NCBI GenBank assembly: GCA_013239625.1 | Contig: MU053475.1 | Span: 24,516 to 88,515 of the forward strand | Direction: 5' to 3' | DNA from: Lama guanicoe | Lineage: Eukaryota | Length of the DNA: 64,000 bases | The notes under the pieces: model-generated | What the model was told of the DNA's origin: nothing | Databases searched by the model: none | What the model saw: only the letters and a program-made list of their open reading frames with translations | Made by a program: the position numbers and the translations under genes | In this document: in pieces, positions 12,101-25,079 of the stretch | Position numbering within the stretch: the first letter of the stretch is position 1 | Layout: each line of letters begins with the position of its first letter

Positions 12101-14045
12101 AGAAAACATTGATTGAGGAAATCAAAAAAGATTTGAAGAATTGGAAAGGTATCCAATGATCTTGTAAAGGAAGAAACAATATTGTTAAAATGGCCATACT
12201 GCCCAAGGCAATCCACAGACTTAATGTGATTTCCTATTAAATTATGCAAAAATTTCTTTTTAGGACTGAAACAAATGATCCTAAGATATACATAGATTCA
12301 TAAAAGATCCATAATTCCCAAAGCAATATTAAAGAAAATGAAAGAGGCTGGAGGAATAAACCACCATGTCTCCATAAACTATTACAGGGTTAGAATAATC
12401 AAAATGACATGATATTGGTACAGATACAGGCATATTGACCAATGGAACAGAATAGAGGGCCTAGGAATAAATCTACAGGCCTNNNNNNNNNNNNNNNNNN
12501 NNNNNNNNNNNNNNNNNNNNNNNNNNNNNNNNNNGGATCTCTTCCTGGTGTTGGGAAACCTGGATAGCAGCATGCAGAGCAATGGAGTAAGAACTCTCCT
12601 TCACTCCATACACAAGAATAAACTCAAAATGGCCTGAAGATTTAAATGTAAGGCAAGACAATATAAATCTCCTAGAAGAAAACATACGCAAAACTCTTTG
12701 ATAAATCTCATCAATGATCCCCTAGAACTGAATACCCAGGTAATGGATATAAGAGCAAAATTAATAAATGGAACCTAATTAAACTTAAAAGCTTTTGCAG
12801 AGTAAGGGAACCATAAACAAAGCAAAATGTCAAACTACATGATTAAAGAAAATATTTAGAAGTGATACAACTGACAAAGTCTTAATTTCTAAAATATAAA
12901 TACTTCATAAAATCTTAAAAAAAAAGAAACCCAATCTGAAAATGGGCAGAAGCCCTAAATAATCAATTCTAAAATAGAGACAAAAAAAATGCCACATAGC
13001 TATATGAAAAAAAANNNNNNNNNNNNNNNNNNNNNNNNNNNNNNNNNNNNNNNNNNNNNNNNNNNNNNNNNNNNNNNNNNNNNNNNNNNNNNNNNNNNNN
13101 NNNNNNNNNNNNNNNNNNNNNNNNNNNNNNNNNNNNNNNNNNNNNNNNNNNNNNNNNNNNNNNNNNNNNNNNNNNNNNNNNNNNNNNNNNNNNNNNNNNN
13201 NNNNNNNNNNNNNNNNNNNNNNNNNNNNNNNNNNNNNNNNNNNNNNNNNNNNNNNNNNNNNNNNNNNNNNNNNNNNNNNNNNNNNNNNNNNNNNNNNNNN
13301 NNNNNNNNNNNNNNNNNNNNNNNNNNNNNNNNNNNNNNNNNNNNNNNNNNNNNNNNNNNNNNNNNNNNNNNNNNNNNNNNNNNNNNNNNNNNNNNNNNNN
13401 NNNNNNNNNNNNNNNNNNNNNNNNNNNNNNNNNNNNNNNNNNNNNNNNNNNNNNNNNNNNNNNNNNNNNNNNNNNNNNNNNNNNNNNNNNNNNNNNNNNN
13501 NNNNNNNNNNNNNNNNNNNNNNNNNNNNNNNNNNNNNNNNNNNNNNNNNNNNNNNNNNNNNNNNNNNNNNNNNNNNNNNNNNNNNNNNNNNNNNNNNNNN
13601 NNNNNNNNNNNNNNNNNNNNNNNNNNNNNNNNNNNNNNNNNNNNNNNNNNNNNNNNNNNNNNNNNNNNNNNNNNNNNNNNNNNNNNNNNCACTCGCAGAG
13701 CTAAACAATTTTATGATTACTGCGGAAAGGGTCTGTGAGAGGATATATTTGAGAGCTGTAGATTTATAAATGTTATCCACTATATATAATAATAGATTTT
13801 TTCAAAATTTCTCTTCTATGACACAGGGCAGTAAGTTAAGTATCGTGAAGTAATCTTTAATAGGCACAAAAATATATGCGTTTAAGGGGACACTGTGCTC
13901 CACATCACAGATTGACACATTGTAAATGGCAGTACTTCAAAGATAAATAAATTAATAATTATGTAAACAAATAAATAAAAAACAAACAAATAAATAAATC
14001 AATACTAAATGAATAAATACAATTTACAATAAAAGAAATAAAAAG
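9170..14045 (+). mobile_element. 5'-truncated LINE-1 (ORF1 C-terminus, spacer, degenerate ORF2, 3'UTR), with N gaps
   Basis: ORF fragments WKNIFHANG (endonuclease), ENFRPISLI...QGWFNICKS and QGCPFS (RT); A-rich tail. Confidence 0.9.
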
Positions 14046-14049
14046 ATTC

Positions 14050-14905
14050 ACACTACTTAACTTTACACATGAAGAATCTAGGATAAAACAGAAAGAATAA
14101 ACAAGAAAATTGAATGAATGTGATTAAGGCAAATAATAAGAGAAACAATTGAAAAGATGAAAAATTTATTCCTAAGTCTGTTTCTTTTTAACAAAAAGTG
14201 GACAAACATTTAGGTTTGCTAAGAAAGTTAAGACTCAAATAAAATTAGAAATAAAAGAGAAGATATTACCACTGATGTTGTAGAGATGCATAGCATCATA
14301 AGAAATTACCACTAGCCAATGATTTTAATGACAAAGAACTAATGACAAATTCCCAGAAACATATGTCTTCCAATACAGAATGAAGAAAAAATTATAAAGT
14401 GAAATAGAACAAAAGTGTGCATGAGCAAATCAGTAATCCAAACATCCCAAATCAGAAAAAATTTACAAGATGACGTTACTGGTGAATTCTGTCATACATT
14501 TGTAGACAAGTTTTCACCAATTCTTCTCCAAATCTTCCAAGAACTTGAAGGGGGTTAAAGACTCCAAACTTGTTTTATGAAGCCAGCATTATTTGCATAA
14601 CAATGCTAGAAAAGACATTATATACAAAATATAGAATATTATCCCTGATGAATATATGTGCCAAAATTATCAACAAAACACAAGCAAAAAGAATTCAAAA
14701 ACACATTTGATGTATCATACACTTACATGAGTAAAGGGATTTATCCCTGGGTTTAAGGATACTTCAAAATAATCAAATCAATAAAGGTGACATGCCACAT
14801 TAATAGAATGAGAAATAAAACTCACATAATCATCTCAATAGGTGCAGAAAGGACATTGTATATAATGCAACATCCTTTTAAGATACTCCCAACAAATTAA
14901 ATTAA
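14050..14905 (+). mobile_element. Old L1 ORF2 fragment
   Basis: 'atccctgatgaatatatgtgccaaaattatcaacaaaa' and 'catctcaataggtgcagaaa' motifs; paralog at ~48845-49700. Confidence 0.75.
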
Positions 14906-14908
14906 CCC

Positions 14909-15352
14909 TGTCAGTGGCACGATATCATATACACACAAACACTGTGTGGAGAGAAGCGAAGTAGTTATCTGTCTATTGATTCATAGAAAAAGGGTTTATA
15001 TAGGACATGCACAATGCCTCACATATCATCTAAGTTATAACAATGTTAATAATCTTAAGCTCTTTACGTCCCCATGCTTCTGCAGAAAGCACAGGATGTT
15101 AAATGATCAAGGAAGGTTTTAAAGTTCATCAAATAACTTCATTAAGTAGGTCATCTCTTCTGCAGCCTGCTGTGCTTGTCTTATGTTGTCCTCCTCTGAG
15201 GATCTTACCGAGAATAGGCTATACATCCATCCATAGTGGATACATTGAGTAGGCCATTTCTTATCCAGCCTGGATATGTGACTTTCCTCACAGCTTGTTT
15301 ATCAGTTCAGCCCATGGACTTATACCCTAGAGCCTATAGACAGGGGCCTGCA
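14909..15352 (-). mobile_element. Solo ERVK/betaretrovirus-like LTR (444 bp), unit A
   Basis: TG...CA termini (TGCAGGCCCC...CACTGACA), TATA box near 14996-15003, degraded CTE-like motif; lies between L1 fragments. Confidence 0.7.
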
Positions 15353-15419
15353 AACCTAACATCCCTTGACAGACAAATGGATGAAGAAAATTTGATGTAT
15401 ATATGCAATGGAATCAATA

Positions 15420-17578
15420 CTTTGCATTCCTATCAGAAGTGTCCATGGTGTCCCTTTTTCTCCGCAATCTCACCAACATCTATTTCTTTTCTTTTTGATG
15501 AGAGCCTTCTGACAAATGTGAGGTCTTGCCTCATTTTTGGGTTATGACTTTCCTAATAATTTATAACTCTGAATATATTTTCATGTGTCATTAATCCAAC
15601 TGCATGTTTTCCACAGAAATTTGATTCAGATCTATCTATTCAGCTCCTATGGACAATTTTTTTCAATTGGATTGTTTGGGGTTTTTTATTGTTGTGGTGT
15701 ATGAGTTTACCAAATATATTGGATATTAACACTTGATTGGAAAATATCACTTGCAAATATATTCTACCATTGTGTTGGCTGACTTTTCATTTTATTGATC
15801 ATTTTTTCTGCAGTGTAAATCTGTTTAAACTGATACAATCATGTTTTGTTAATTTATTCTGCTTCCCTTGCCAGATGAGAGATATGAAAAATCAAATTAA
15901 GTGAAGTGTACTTCTTATGTTTTACCCTTGGATTCTTTGTTTTCAGGTTTTATGTTTTATATGCCCAGGAGTGGGTTTGCTGGGTCAAATGATAGATCTA
16001 TTTTTATTATTTAAAGGAAATTCCATACTGTTTCCAAAGTGTTTGTACAAATTTTCATTCCCACCAACAGCGTTGGAGAGTCCTTGTTTCTCTACAACCT
16101 CGACAGTCTTTATTATTTGTAGACATTTGGATGACAGCCCTTCTCTTGAGTGTGAAGAAAAACATTATTTAATTTTTGTCTAGCCTTTGTATAATGATTA
16201 GCAATGTGAGCATGTTTTAATGTTCCTGTTTTTCATCGGTGTGTCTTCTTTTGTGAATTTTTTCTGCTCATTTTCTGGCAGAGTTGTTTGTAGATTTTTG
16301 AAATGGAGTTGAATGAACGATGTGTGTATTTAAGAAATTATCCTCTTATTGATTGCATTGTTTCATAATGTTTTCTCCCATTTGGAAGTTCATCTTTTCA
16401 TTCTGTATATTTTGCTGTGTACAAGCTTTTAAGTTTAATTAGAACCTATTTGATTATTTTGCTTTTACTGTTTTCAGCTTTGGAGAGTGACATAAGAAAA
16501 TTTCACGACATTTTATCTCTTTTTTTGCCTATGTTAATTTCCAGGAGTTTCATTGTCTCATGTATTAGATTCAGATATTTAAAACATTTTGATTTTATTT
16601 TTGTACAGTGTGAGGGAATGTTCTAATTCCATTGATTTACATGTAGCTGTCTAGTTTTCTGAACATAACTTGCTGAAGACTGTGTTTTAGGCATTGTATG
16701 TTTTTGTTTCCTTTGTCATAGTTTAGTTGACCATAGATGTGATGTTTTATTTCTGCATCTGTGTTATATTCCAGTGATATACATGTTTGCTTGTTTTCCA
16801 GTATTGTGCTGTTTTAATTACTGTATTTTTGTAATATAATCTGGGATCTGGGAGGGGTGTGGGTTATGCATCCATCTTTGATCTTTTTCCTCATTGTCCC
16901 TTTTGCAGTTCTGGTTCTTATGCAGTTCATTATAAATCTTAGGGCATTTTTTGTTTCTGTGGAAAATATCATGTAGTTCGATCTGAATCACTTTATATCT
17001 GTAGACATCTTTTGTAGTATGTATATTTTAACAATATTAATTCCTCTAAATTAAGCCTTTAAAATTCCTTTCCATTTCTTTCCATCATCTTCAATTTTTT
17101 TTTCAGTTTCCTTTTGAATTTATTATCTTTGTTTTTCCATATGTTTTTCATTTTTTGACTGATTTCATATGAATTTTTTAAAATTATGAAATATTTCAGT
17201 TTTAGTTTAAAGAAATGTGATAGTTTATGTACATTAATCATGAATCATGGAAGTTTGCTAAATGTCTTTATTAATTTTAGTTGTTCTGGTGTGGAGAATT
17301 TTTAGCGTTCTCTATATAGACTATTGTGTCATCTAAAATAAAAACAGTTTTACTTCATTCAATCCAACTTGAATAAATTTCCCTCTACTACGATTGCTGT
17401 TTCTCGGACATCCCATACTGTGTTTAATAGAAATGGTGAGAGTGGGCATCCTTGTTTTATTCCTTAATTTGGCTTTCAGTTTTTCACTTTTGCATATTAT
17501 GTTCTCTGTGAGTCTGTAATTAATGACTTTAGTTATGTTGAGTGTTATTTCCTGTATACTACTTTGGTAAGAGGTTTC

Positions 17579-17624
<46 letters not shown>

Positions 17625-18445
17625 GCTGTTGGGCTGTATTAATTAATAAATATTGAAGTTTTTGAAGTAATTTTTATGGATTTATTTGGATGACCACGTG
17701 ATTTTCTCTTTTTCTTCTCTTAATATTGTGTATCAAACTGATTGATTTGTGTATATTCAACCTCTCTTTTGACTCTGCAATGAATCCAAGTTGACCATGG
17801 TGTATGATTCATTTTATGTATTGCTGGATTTATTTTGCTAATAATATGTTGTAGAAATTTTGCATCTAAATCAATCAAATATATTAGCTTGAAGTTCTCT
17901 TTGCATGTACTTTGTTTGTTGGCTTTTCTATCAGGATGATGAAATCTTCATAAAATTAATTTGGGAGTTTCCCACATCTTCAATATTTTTCAATACTTTG
18001 AAGAGTATAAGTTCGACTTTGTATTTTTGTACTGTTATCCAAGGGAGCTGTTTAAATCTGCACTAGTGTTTAACGATTTTTTTTAATTGCAGATTCTATC
18101 TTTCGTCTAGTAATCAGTTTGTTCAAATTGTTTGTTTCTCCTTATCTTTGTCTTTTTCTAGATACTTGTCTATTACTTCTAAGTTGTCCAGTTTTTCGGC
18201 TTGTAAGTGTTGACAAAATGTTCCCTTTTTTGTATACCAGAGATAACAATTGTTATTTTTCTTCTTTTATTTCTTACTTTATTTCTTTGGAGCATCTCTC
18301 TTTTCTTCATGATGCACATGGCTAGAGGTTTTTTGATTTTGTTTATTTTAAAAAGAAATCATAAAACAAAATCTTTGGTTTTATTACTCTTTTGCATTGT
18401 TTTAATTCTCTCTAATGTATATTTACACCTGTAATATTTAAGATT
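15420..18445 (-). mobile_element. Older LINE-1 ORF2/3' fragments, antisense
   Basis: T-rich L1 antisense motifs such as 'ggtgagagtgggcatccttg'; paralog at ~50210-53195. Confidence 0.75.
17578..17630. repeat. (GTT)n microsatellite
   Basis: Long near-perfect run; the paralog at 52357-52405 is interrupted by GCT. Confidence 0.95.
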
Positions 18446-21400
18446 ATTTTTTTTTACTTTTATATTGATTTACAGTCATTTTACAAAGTTGTCTCAAATT
18501 CCAGCATTGAGCACAATTTTGCAGTTACAATGAACATATATACACTTGTAGTCCCATTTTTTCCTCTGTGGGCTGCCGTATGATCTTTTATATATTTCCC
18601 TGCGCTGTAAAGTACAATCCTGTTAACTATTCTACAATTTTGACCTCCCAGTCTATCTCTTTCCACCCCTAGCCCCATGGCAACCAAACTTTGTATTCTA
18701 TGTCTACGAGTCTATTTAGTTTTGTATTTGTGTTTTTGTTTTGTTTTGTTTTGTTTTGTTTTGTTTTTAGATTCCACTGAAGAGCCATCTCATATGGTAT
18801 TTTTCTTTCTCTATCTGGCTTACTTCACTTAGACTGATTTTCTCCAGGAGCATCCATGTTGCTGAAAATGGCATTATGTTATAGGTTTATATGGTTATCT
18901 AGTGTTCCATAATTGTATAAACACCTCTTCTTTATCCAGTCAACAGTTGATGGATATTTAGGTTGTTTCCATGTCCTGGCTATTGTAAATAGCGCTGGCT
19001 ATGAACATTGGGGTGCAGGTGTCATCCTGAAGTAGGGTTCCTTCTGTATGCCCAGGGGTGGGATTCCTGACTCATATGGTCAGTATATTCCTAAGCTTTA
19101 GAGGAATCTCCATCCTGTTTTCCACAGTGGATGCACCAAACTGCATTGCCACCAGCAGTGAAGGACTTAACCCTTTTCCTCACACCCTTTCCAGAATTTG
19201 TCATTTGTGTATTTTTGAATGATGGCCATTCTGACTGGTATGAGGTGATACCTCACTGTAGTTTTGATTTGCATTTCTCTGATAATCAGTGATATTGAAC
19301 ATTTTCAGATGTGCCTTTTGATCATTTTTATGTCTTCCTTGGAGAATTGCTTGTTTAGGTCTCCTGCCCATTTTTCCATTTGGTGGTTTATTTTTTCTTG
19401 TTCAGTTGGATGAGCTGCTTATAAACTCTGGAGATCAAGCTTTTTTTGGTTTCATATTCAAATTTTTTCCCATTCCGTAGGTTGTTTTTCTGTTTCACTT
19501 CTGGTTTCTTTACTGTGCAGAAGCTTGTAAGTTTCATTAGGTCTCATTTGTTTTTTCTTGATTTTATTTCTTCTGTGAGAAAATTTTTGAGACTTATGTC
19601 AGATATCATATTGCCTATATTTTCCTCTAGGGGGTTTATTTTATCTTGTCTTATGTTTAAGCCTTTGTACCATTCTGAGTTTATTTTTGTGTATGGTGTT
19701 CTAGCTTCATTGGGAGTGTTCTAGTTTCATTGATTTTCATGCTGCTCTCCAGTTTTCCCAACACCAGTTGCTGAAGGGAGTGTCTCTATTCCATTGTATT
19801 TTCTTGCCTTTTTGTTCGAAGAGTTATTTACCAGAAGTTTATGGGTTATTTTCTGGGTTCTCTATTCTGTTCCTTTTGCCTATATGTCTGTTTTCCTTCC
19901 AATACATTGCTGTCATGTTGACTGTAGCTCTATAGTATTATCTGAATCATTAGCATAAATAATGCCACTGATTTTTGAACCTTAATCTTGTTACCTGCTA
20001 TCTTGCTGAATTCTTCAATCAGCTGTAGAATTTTTTGTCTGGATCTTGCAGGGGTTTCTATATATAGTGACATATTATCTGCATATAGTGAGACTTTTTC
20101 TTCTTCCTTTCCAATTTGCATCCCTTTTATTTCACTCTCTTGTTTGATTGCTGTGGCTAGGACTTCCAAGATTATATTGAGTTGGAGTGGTGATAGTGTG
20201 CATCCTTGCCTTGTCCCAGATTTTAGTGGGAACATTTTAACTTTCTCACCATTGAGGTACTATGCTAGCTGTAGGTTTTCTATCTATAGCTTTCATGATG
20301 CTGAGATATGTTCACTCTATGCCCACTTTGGTGAGTTTTTATCATACGTGGGTGTTGAATATTATAAAATGCTTTTCCTGAGAAGATCATGCGGTTTTGG
20401 TCCTTTCTCTTGTTGATGTGCTGTATTACATTGATTGATTTGCATATGTTGAACCACTCTTGTGTCCCTGTCATAATCCCTACTTGGTCATGATGCATAA
20501 TCCTTTTTCTGTGTTGTTGGATTCTCTTTGCTACTATTTTGGTGAGGATTTTTGCGTCTGTGTTCATCAGTGATATTGGCCTATAATCCTCTTTTTTAGT
20601 AGTGTCTTCTGATTGTGGTCTCAGGGTGGATTTTGTCTTCCTAGAATGGCTTTGGGAGTATTCCTTCATTTTCAATCTTCTGGAGGAGTTTGAGAAGGAA
20701 TGGTATGAGCTCTTCTTTGTATGTTTGATAGAATTCCACAATGAAGCCGTCCAGTCCTGGACTGTTATTTGTAGGGAGGTTTTATATTGCTATTTTGATT
20801 TCATTTCTAGTGCTCTGCTTGTTCAAGGGGTCAGTTTCTTCTTCATTCATTCTTGGTGGACAGTATGTTTCCAGAAACTTGCTCATCTCCTGTAGGTTAT
20901 CCAGTGTGTTATCATATACTTTTCATGATATTTTCGTATGATATTCTGTGTTTCATTTTTATTTGTTGTAATTTCTCCATTCTCCTTTTTATTTTGCTAA
21001 TTTGTGCTCTCTGTCTTATCTTCTTTTTGAGTTTTGCCAGAGGATTGTTGATTTTACTTACTTTTTCAGAAAACCAGCTTTTGGATTGGTTGAATTTTTT
21101 CCTATAGTTTATTTAATCTCTATTTTATTTATTTCCTCACCAATATTTGTGATTTCCTTCCTTCTGCTGCCCTTCAGGATTTTTTTTTTCTTCTTTATCT
21201 AGTTGATTCTGCTGGTGGGTTAAATTGTTTATTTGTGATTCTTCTTTTTTGAAAAAGTCCTGTATCACTCTAAACTACCATCTCAGCACTGCTTTTGCTC
21301 TGTCCCATAAATTTTCTGTGGTTTTGCTTTCATTTTCTTTTGTCTCAAGGTACTTTTTCATTGCAGCTTTTATTTCTTCATTGACCCATTTGTTTTTTAA

Positions 21401-24400
21401 TAACATATTGTTTAATCTCCATGTCTACCTTTTGTTCTCCTTTGTTTCTCTGTTGTTGATTTCTAGCTTCATGTCATTGTGTTCAGTAAAGATGCTTGAG
21501 GTAGTTTCTATATTCTTAAAATTGCTGAGGTTTCCTTTGTGCCCAACTACATCATGAATCTTGGAAAATATCCCATGTGCACTTGAGAAGAATATATGTA
21601 CTATCTTCTGGGGTGTGCAATGCTCTGAAAATATCCACCAAGTTTAATATTTCTATTGTATTATTTCAGTTCTCTTTTGCCTAATATATTTTCTGTTTCG
21701 GTGATCTGTACAGTGATGTTAATGCAGTGTTGAAATCTCCAGCTGTGATTAGAATCCCATTGCTATCCCCCTTTATATCTGTTAGTAATTATTTTATGTG
21801 CTTAGGTGCTCATCTATTTGGTGCATATGTATTAACGAGTGTGCTATCCTCATCTTGTATCACTCTTTCAATCATTATAAAATGTCCTTCTTTATATTTC
21901 TTTATGGTCTTTGTTTTAAAGAATATTTTGTCTGAAATCAGTACTGCAACCCCTGCTGTTTTGGCTTTTCCGTTTGAATGGAATACACTTTTCCATCCTT
22001 TCACTCTCAATTTATATGTGTCCTTATCTCTGAAGTGGGTCTCTTGTATGCAGCATATTGAAGGTTCTTGCTTTCTTATCCAGCCTGCCACTCTATGACT
22101 TTTGACTGGAGCACTTAGCCCACTAACTTTTACAATAATTGATGATATGCTTGTGTTTATTGCCAATTTGACCTTATTTTTGCAGTTGATTTGGTATTTC
22201 CTCTTTGTTCCTTTCATTTTCCTTTTATGGTTTGGTCATTTTCCTTTGTATTATCATGAATTTTATTTAGTTTTAGTGACACCCTGATAAGTTTTTTTCT
22301 TCTTGTTACCCTTTTTATAAGTCTTTTAGAGAACTACTATAACTGCTTTTATTAAACTTATAGTAACATGGTCTCAAACCCATCCTGCCGAGAACAAAAA
22401 ATTTAAAATGAAAGACCAAAAAAAAAAAATTCTCTATTTTCCTGCCTCCCCCTAACTCTCTCAATGATTTGTATGTCTTATTTTAAAATTTTGTGTGTGT
22501 TTTATTTGTAACTCATGAGTTATCACGTTTCCAGCTGTGAGTTTCACATTTCTGAAGCATTCTGCTGCTTTTGTATTTAGAGTAGACCTTTCAATATTTC
22601 TTCTAGCATGGGTCTAGTTTTGCTAAACTCTTGTAGCTTTTTCTTGTCTGTGAAATTCTTTATGTCTCCTTCTACCAAAAAGGGCAGCCCTGCTGGTTAA
22701 AGTATCTTAGTGTATATCAGTTTTTTCATTCAGGACTTTGTATATATCTTTCCACACCCTTCAGGCCTGTAGTATTGTTGTAGTGAAATCAGGTGTGAAC
22801 CTTAAGGGAATTCCTTTGTAACTCAATGTTTACTTTCTCTTGCTTCCTTTTGGATTATTTCTTTATCCTTGACTATGGCCATCTTAATTATATGTCTTGG
22901 TGTGGCTGCATTTGTGTTCTTCCTGTTTGGGACACTCTGAGCTTCCTGTAGTTGGATATCTGATTCCTTTTTTATGTTTGGGAAGTTCTCAGTCATCATT
23001 TCTTCAAACACCTTTGCAATCCCCTTTGAGCTATCCTCCCCTTCTGGGACTTCTATCATGCCAAATTTGGCATGCTTTATATTATCCCATAGGTCTCTTA
23101 TGCTTTTTACATTTGTCTCCCATTGTTTCTCTTCTAGCTCTTCTGATTGGATGCTTTGTACTGTCCTGTCTTCTAAGTCACTAAGTAGTTCCTCTGCATT
23201 GTCTTGTCAGGTTTGTGACGTCTTTAGTTAATTCCTCAGCTCAGTCAACGGATTTACCTATTTTACTCGACTCTTCTTTATTGCTTCCATTTCATTTTTA
23301 ACATATTTTATATCTCTAAACCCTATCTTTTATTTACTTGAATAATTTGATCTCTCCTTTTTTGAAATCATGATATCATAGGCTATCAACCCCTATTTCA
23401 CTGATCATTTGTTCAGGGGATTTCTCTTGTTCTTTTAATTGCAACTTGTTTCTCTGCTTATTCATCTTGCTCCTACCTATCTGGCACAGTGGTTTATGGA
23501 ATATCAGTTATCTAATGTGGTCCTAAAAGAGTTTATCTACCTAATTCCTATGTAGTAATACAACTAAGAGAAGAGAAAATTGAGAGAGAGAGATAAAGAA
23601 TTTTAAAGAAGGGAGAAATAAAGTTTTGAAGACATTGTATAATAAATAATATAAAAGCAAATTGAAGCACAATTTTGAAAAATAATAATAATAAAAATAT
23701 TTTTAAAAATTTCAAAGGGATTAAAATGGGGGTATTTATAATTGAAGAAAAAGTAAAAATTAAGAGGGTAATAGATAATGGAACAGGTTAAAACAGATTA
23801 AAACAAGGGGATGTTCAGTGTCCTCCTGGATATTGTGTATTTTTAATGTGAACTCTTTCTCTATTCATCCTGTTTTGGAAGCTCAACTTGCTTTTTCCAT
23901 TGGCCCTCCATTGGAGCCCGCCTCTGTGCTGCTCCCAGGGCCTGTCAGCAAGCAGATCACTCCTACTCCCAACACTTGTTCCCAAGCAGCTCTCTTTACT
24001 GTGGGCTGGCTTGTCACTGCCCTGCCCGATTTTACAGTCAGATGTTTCAGGCTGACCAGGCAGGATTGGGCATCAAGACCTCTCACAGCCACGTGGTCGG
24101 GGCTGCATTCCATCCCAAAATGTGGGGGGCCAACAGCCCCTCAGGTTGCCAGTCTCTACACTGCTCTTTACCACTGTATGCTCCGCCTCAGGTTTGCACA
24201 CCGGATTGGGCTCAGGGTAGACTAAGGAACATCCCTGTCCCTGTTTGGGCCAAAACTCAGCTCCTTGTTTGTCTTGTCAGAGCATGTTCTCTGTGGAAAT
24301 AGGACGGATGTATCCTATCTGCCTCATGCTGTAGACAAGTCCAAGTCATGCTCATGAGCCTACTAAGTCCTTAGGAGTGGATGCAGGTTTTGCCCCCACT

Positions 24401-25068
24401 GCCACCTGTGTGCAAAGCTCCAGGAGGGTATGGTGACTGTGTCTGAGTCCCAGCTCTCTTCACCTAGAAAATTCTGTGGGTTTTCAGAGATGGGGAATGC
24501 ACCTTTCCCCTCCCAGGGCATGTCTGCCCTGTTGTTTTATGGAGGGCCTAGGTTTTTCTGCCCTGTGCACCCATAGCAATGGCACACAGACCACTCCATT
24601 CCCCTGCGCTGCCTCAGTGCAGCCATCCCCATCTTCCACCTAGCTCGTGAAGCATGGCCCTGCCCTCAGCTGACAGGATGCATCTTGGGCTGGGTGTCAC
24701 AAGGATCCTCTGTGCCTGTTTAACTTGGTTCTGTCAGTCAACTTATACTGTGTAGACATCCAATCCTTGGAGGCTCCCTCTCCGTCCTGCTGAACCCCCA
24801 GTTGGAGAAGGGAGACCCAGTGAATGAGCACCAGTACTTCTTAGCTGCCCCCTCCCTGTGGAAACTGTCCCAATCTGTTTTGCCTTTTCTTCTTTCTTTC
24901 TTCCTTTTCTCCTACCAGATATTTTGCATCTTTATCTTTTGAAGAGGACAATGTTCTATCAGAGTTCTGCAGGTTCTCTGGTTAATTGAGTGTGTCTGTG
25001 GATGAGTCTCGGTGCATTTGTGAGAAAGGGTGAGCTACAAGCATCCTTCTCCTCCCCATCTTGGTATC
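18446..25068 (-). mobile_element. Near full-length (~6.6 kb) degenerate LINE-1
   Basis: GC-rich 5'UTR starting ..CCAAGATGG (~25065); ORF1 fragment 22823-23059; endonuclease 21810-22217 (CCIQETH); RT 20280-20741 and 19930-20235 (SGTRQGC, YADN); 3'UTR and poly-T end at ~18446. Confidence 0.92.
18731..18768. repeat. (GTTTT)n microsatellite in an L1 3'UTR
   Basis: Read directly; shorter paralog at ~53501-53526. Confidence 0.9.
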
Positions 25069-25079
25069 CCACCCAAAAT

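Noticed and set aside
12905..13780. Long ORFs of 230-291 aa, and similar ones at 1129-1467, 29603-29858, 51532-52032 and 59950-60244
   Set aside because: They consist mostly of X residues from N gaps.
14904..15357. Target-site duplication for the solo LTR
   Set aside because: Only an imperfect AACCC/AACCT match in unit A (AACCC/AACAC in unit B), so it cannot be called confidently.
15236..15547. ~100-aa ORF present in both units (also 50037-50339)
   Set aside because: It spans an LTR/L1 junction with non-ATG starts and has no recognisable domain; persistence is explicable by shared ancestry.
19988..22287. Many hydrophobic plus-strand ORFs that look like membrane proteins (also 54816-56859)
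   Set aside because: Antisense translations of L1 ORF2.
23818..24302. GC-rich ORFs present in both units (paralogs at 58617-59588)
   Set aside because: They lie within the L1 5'UTR. Similarity reflects the duplication, and starts, stops and frames differ between units.
18446..25068. Possible active, full-length L1
   Set aside because: ORF1 and ORF2 are broken into short fragments, the catalytic motif is altered (YADN) and there is an apparent internal deletion.
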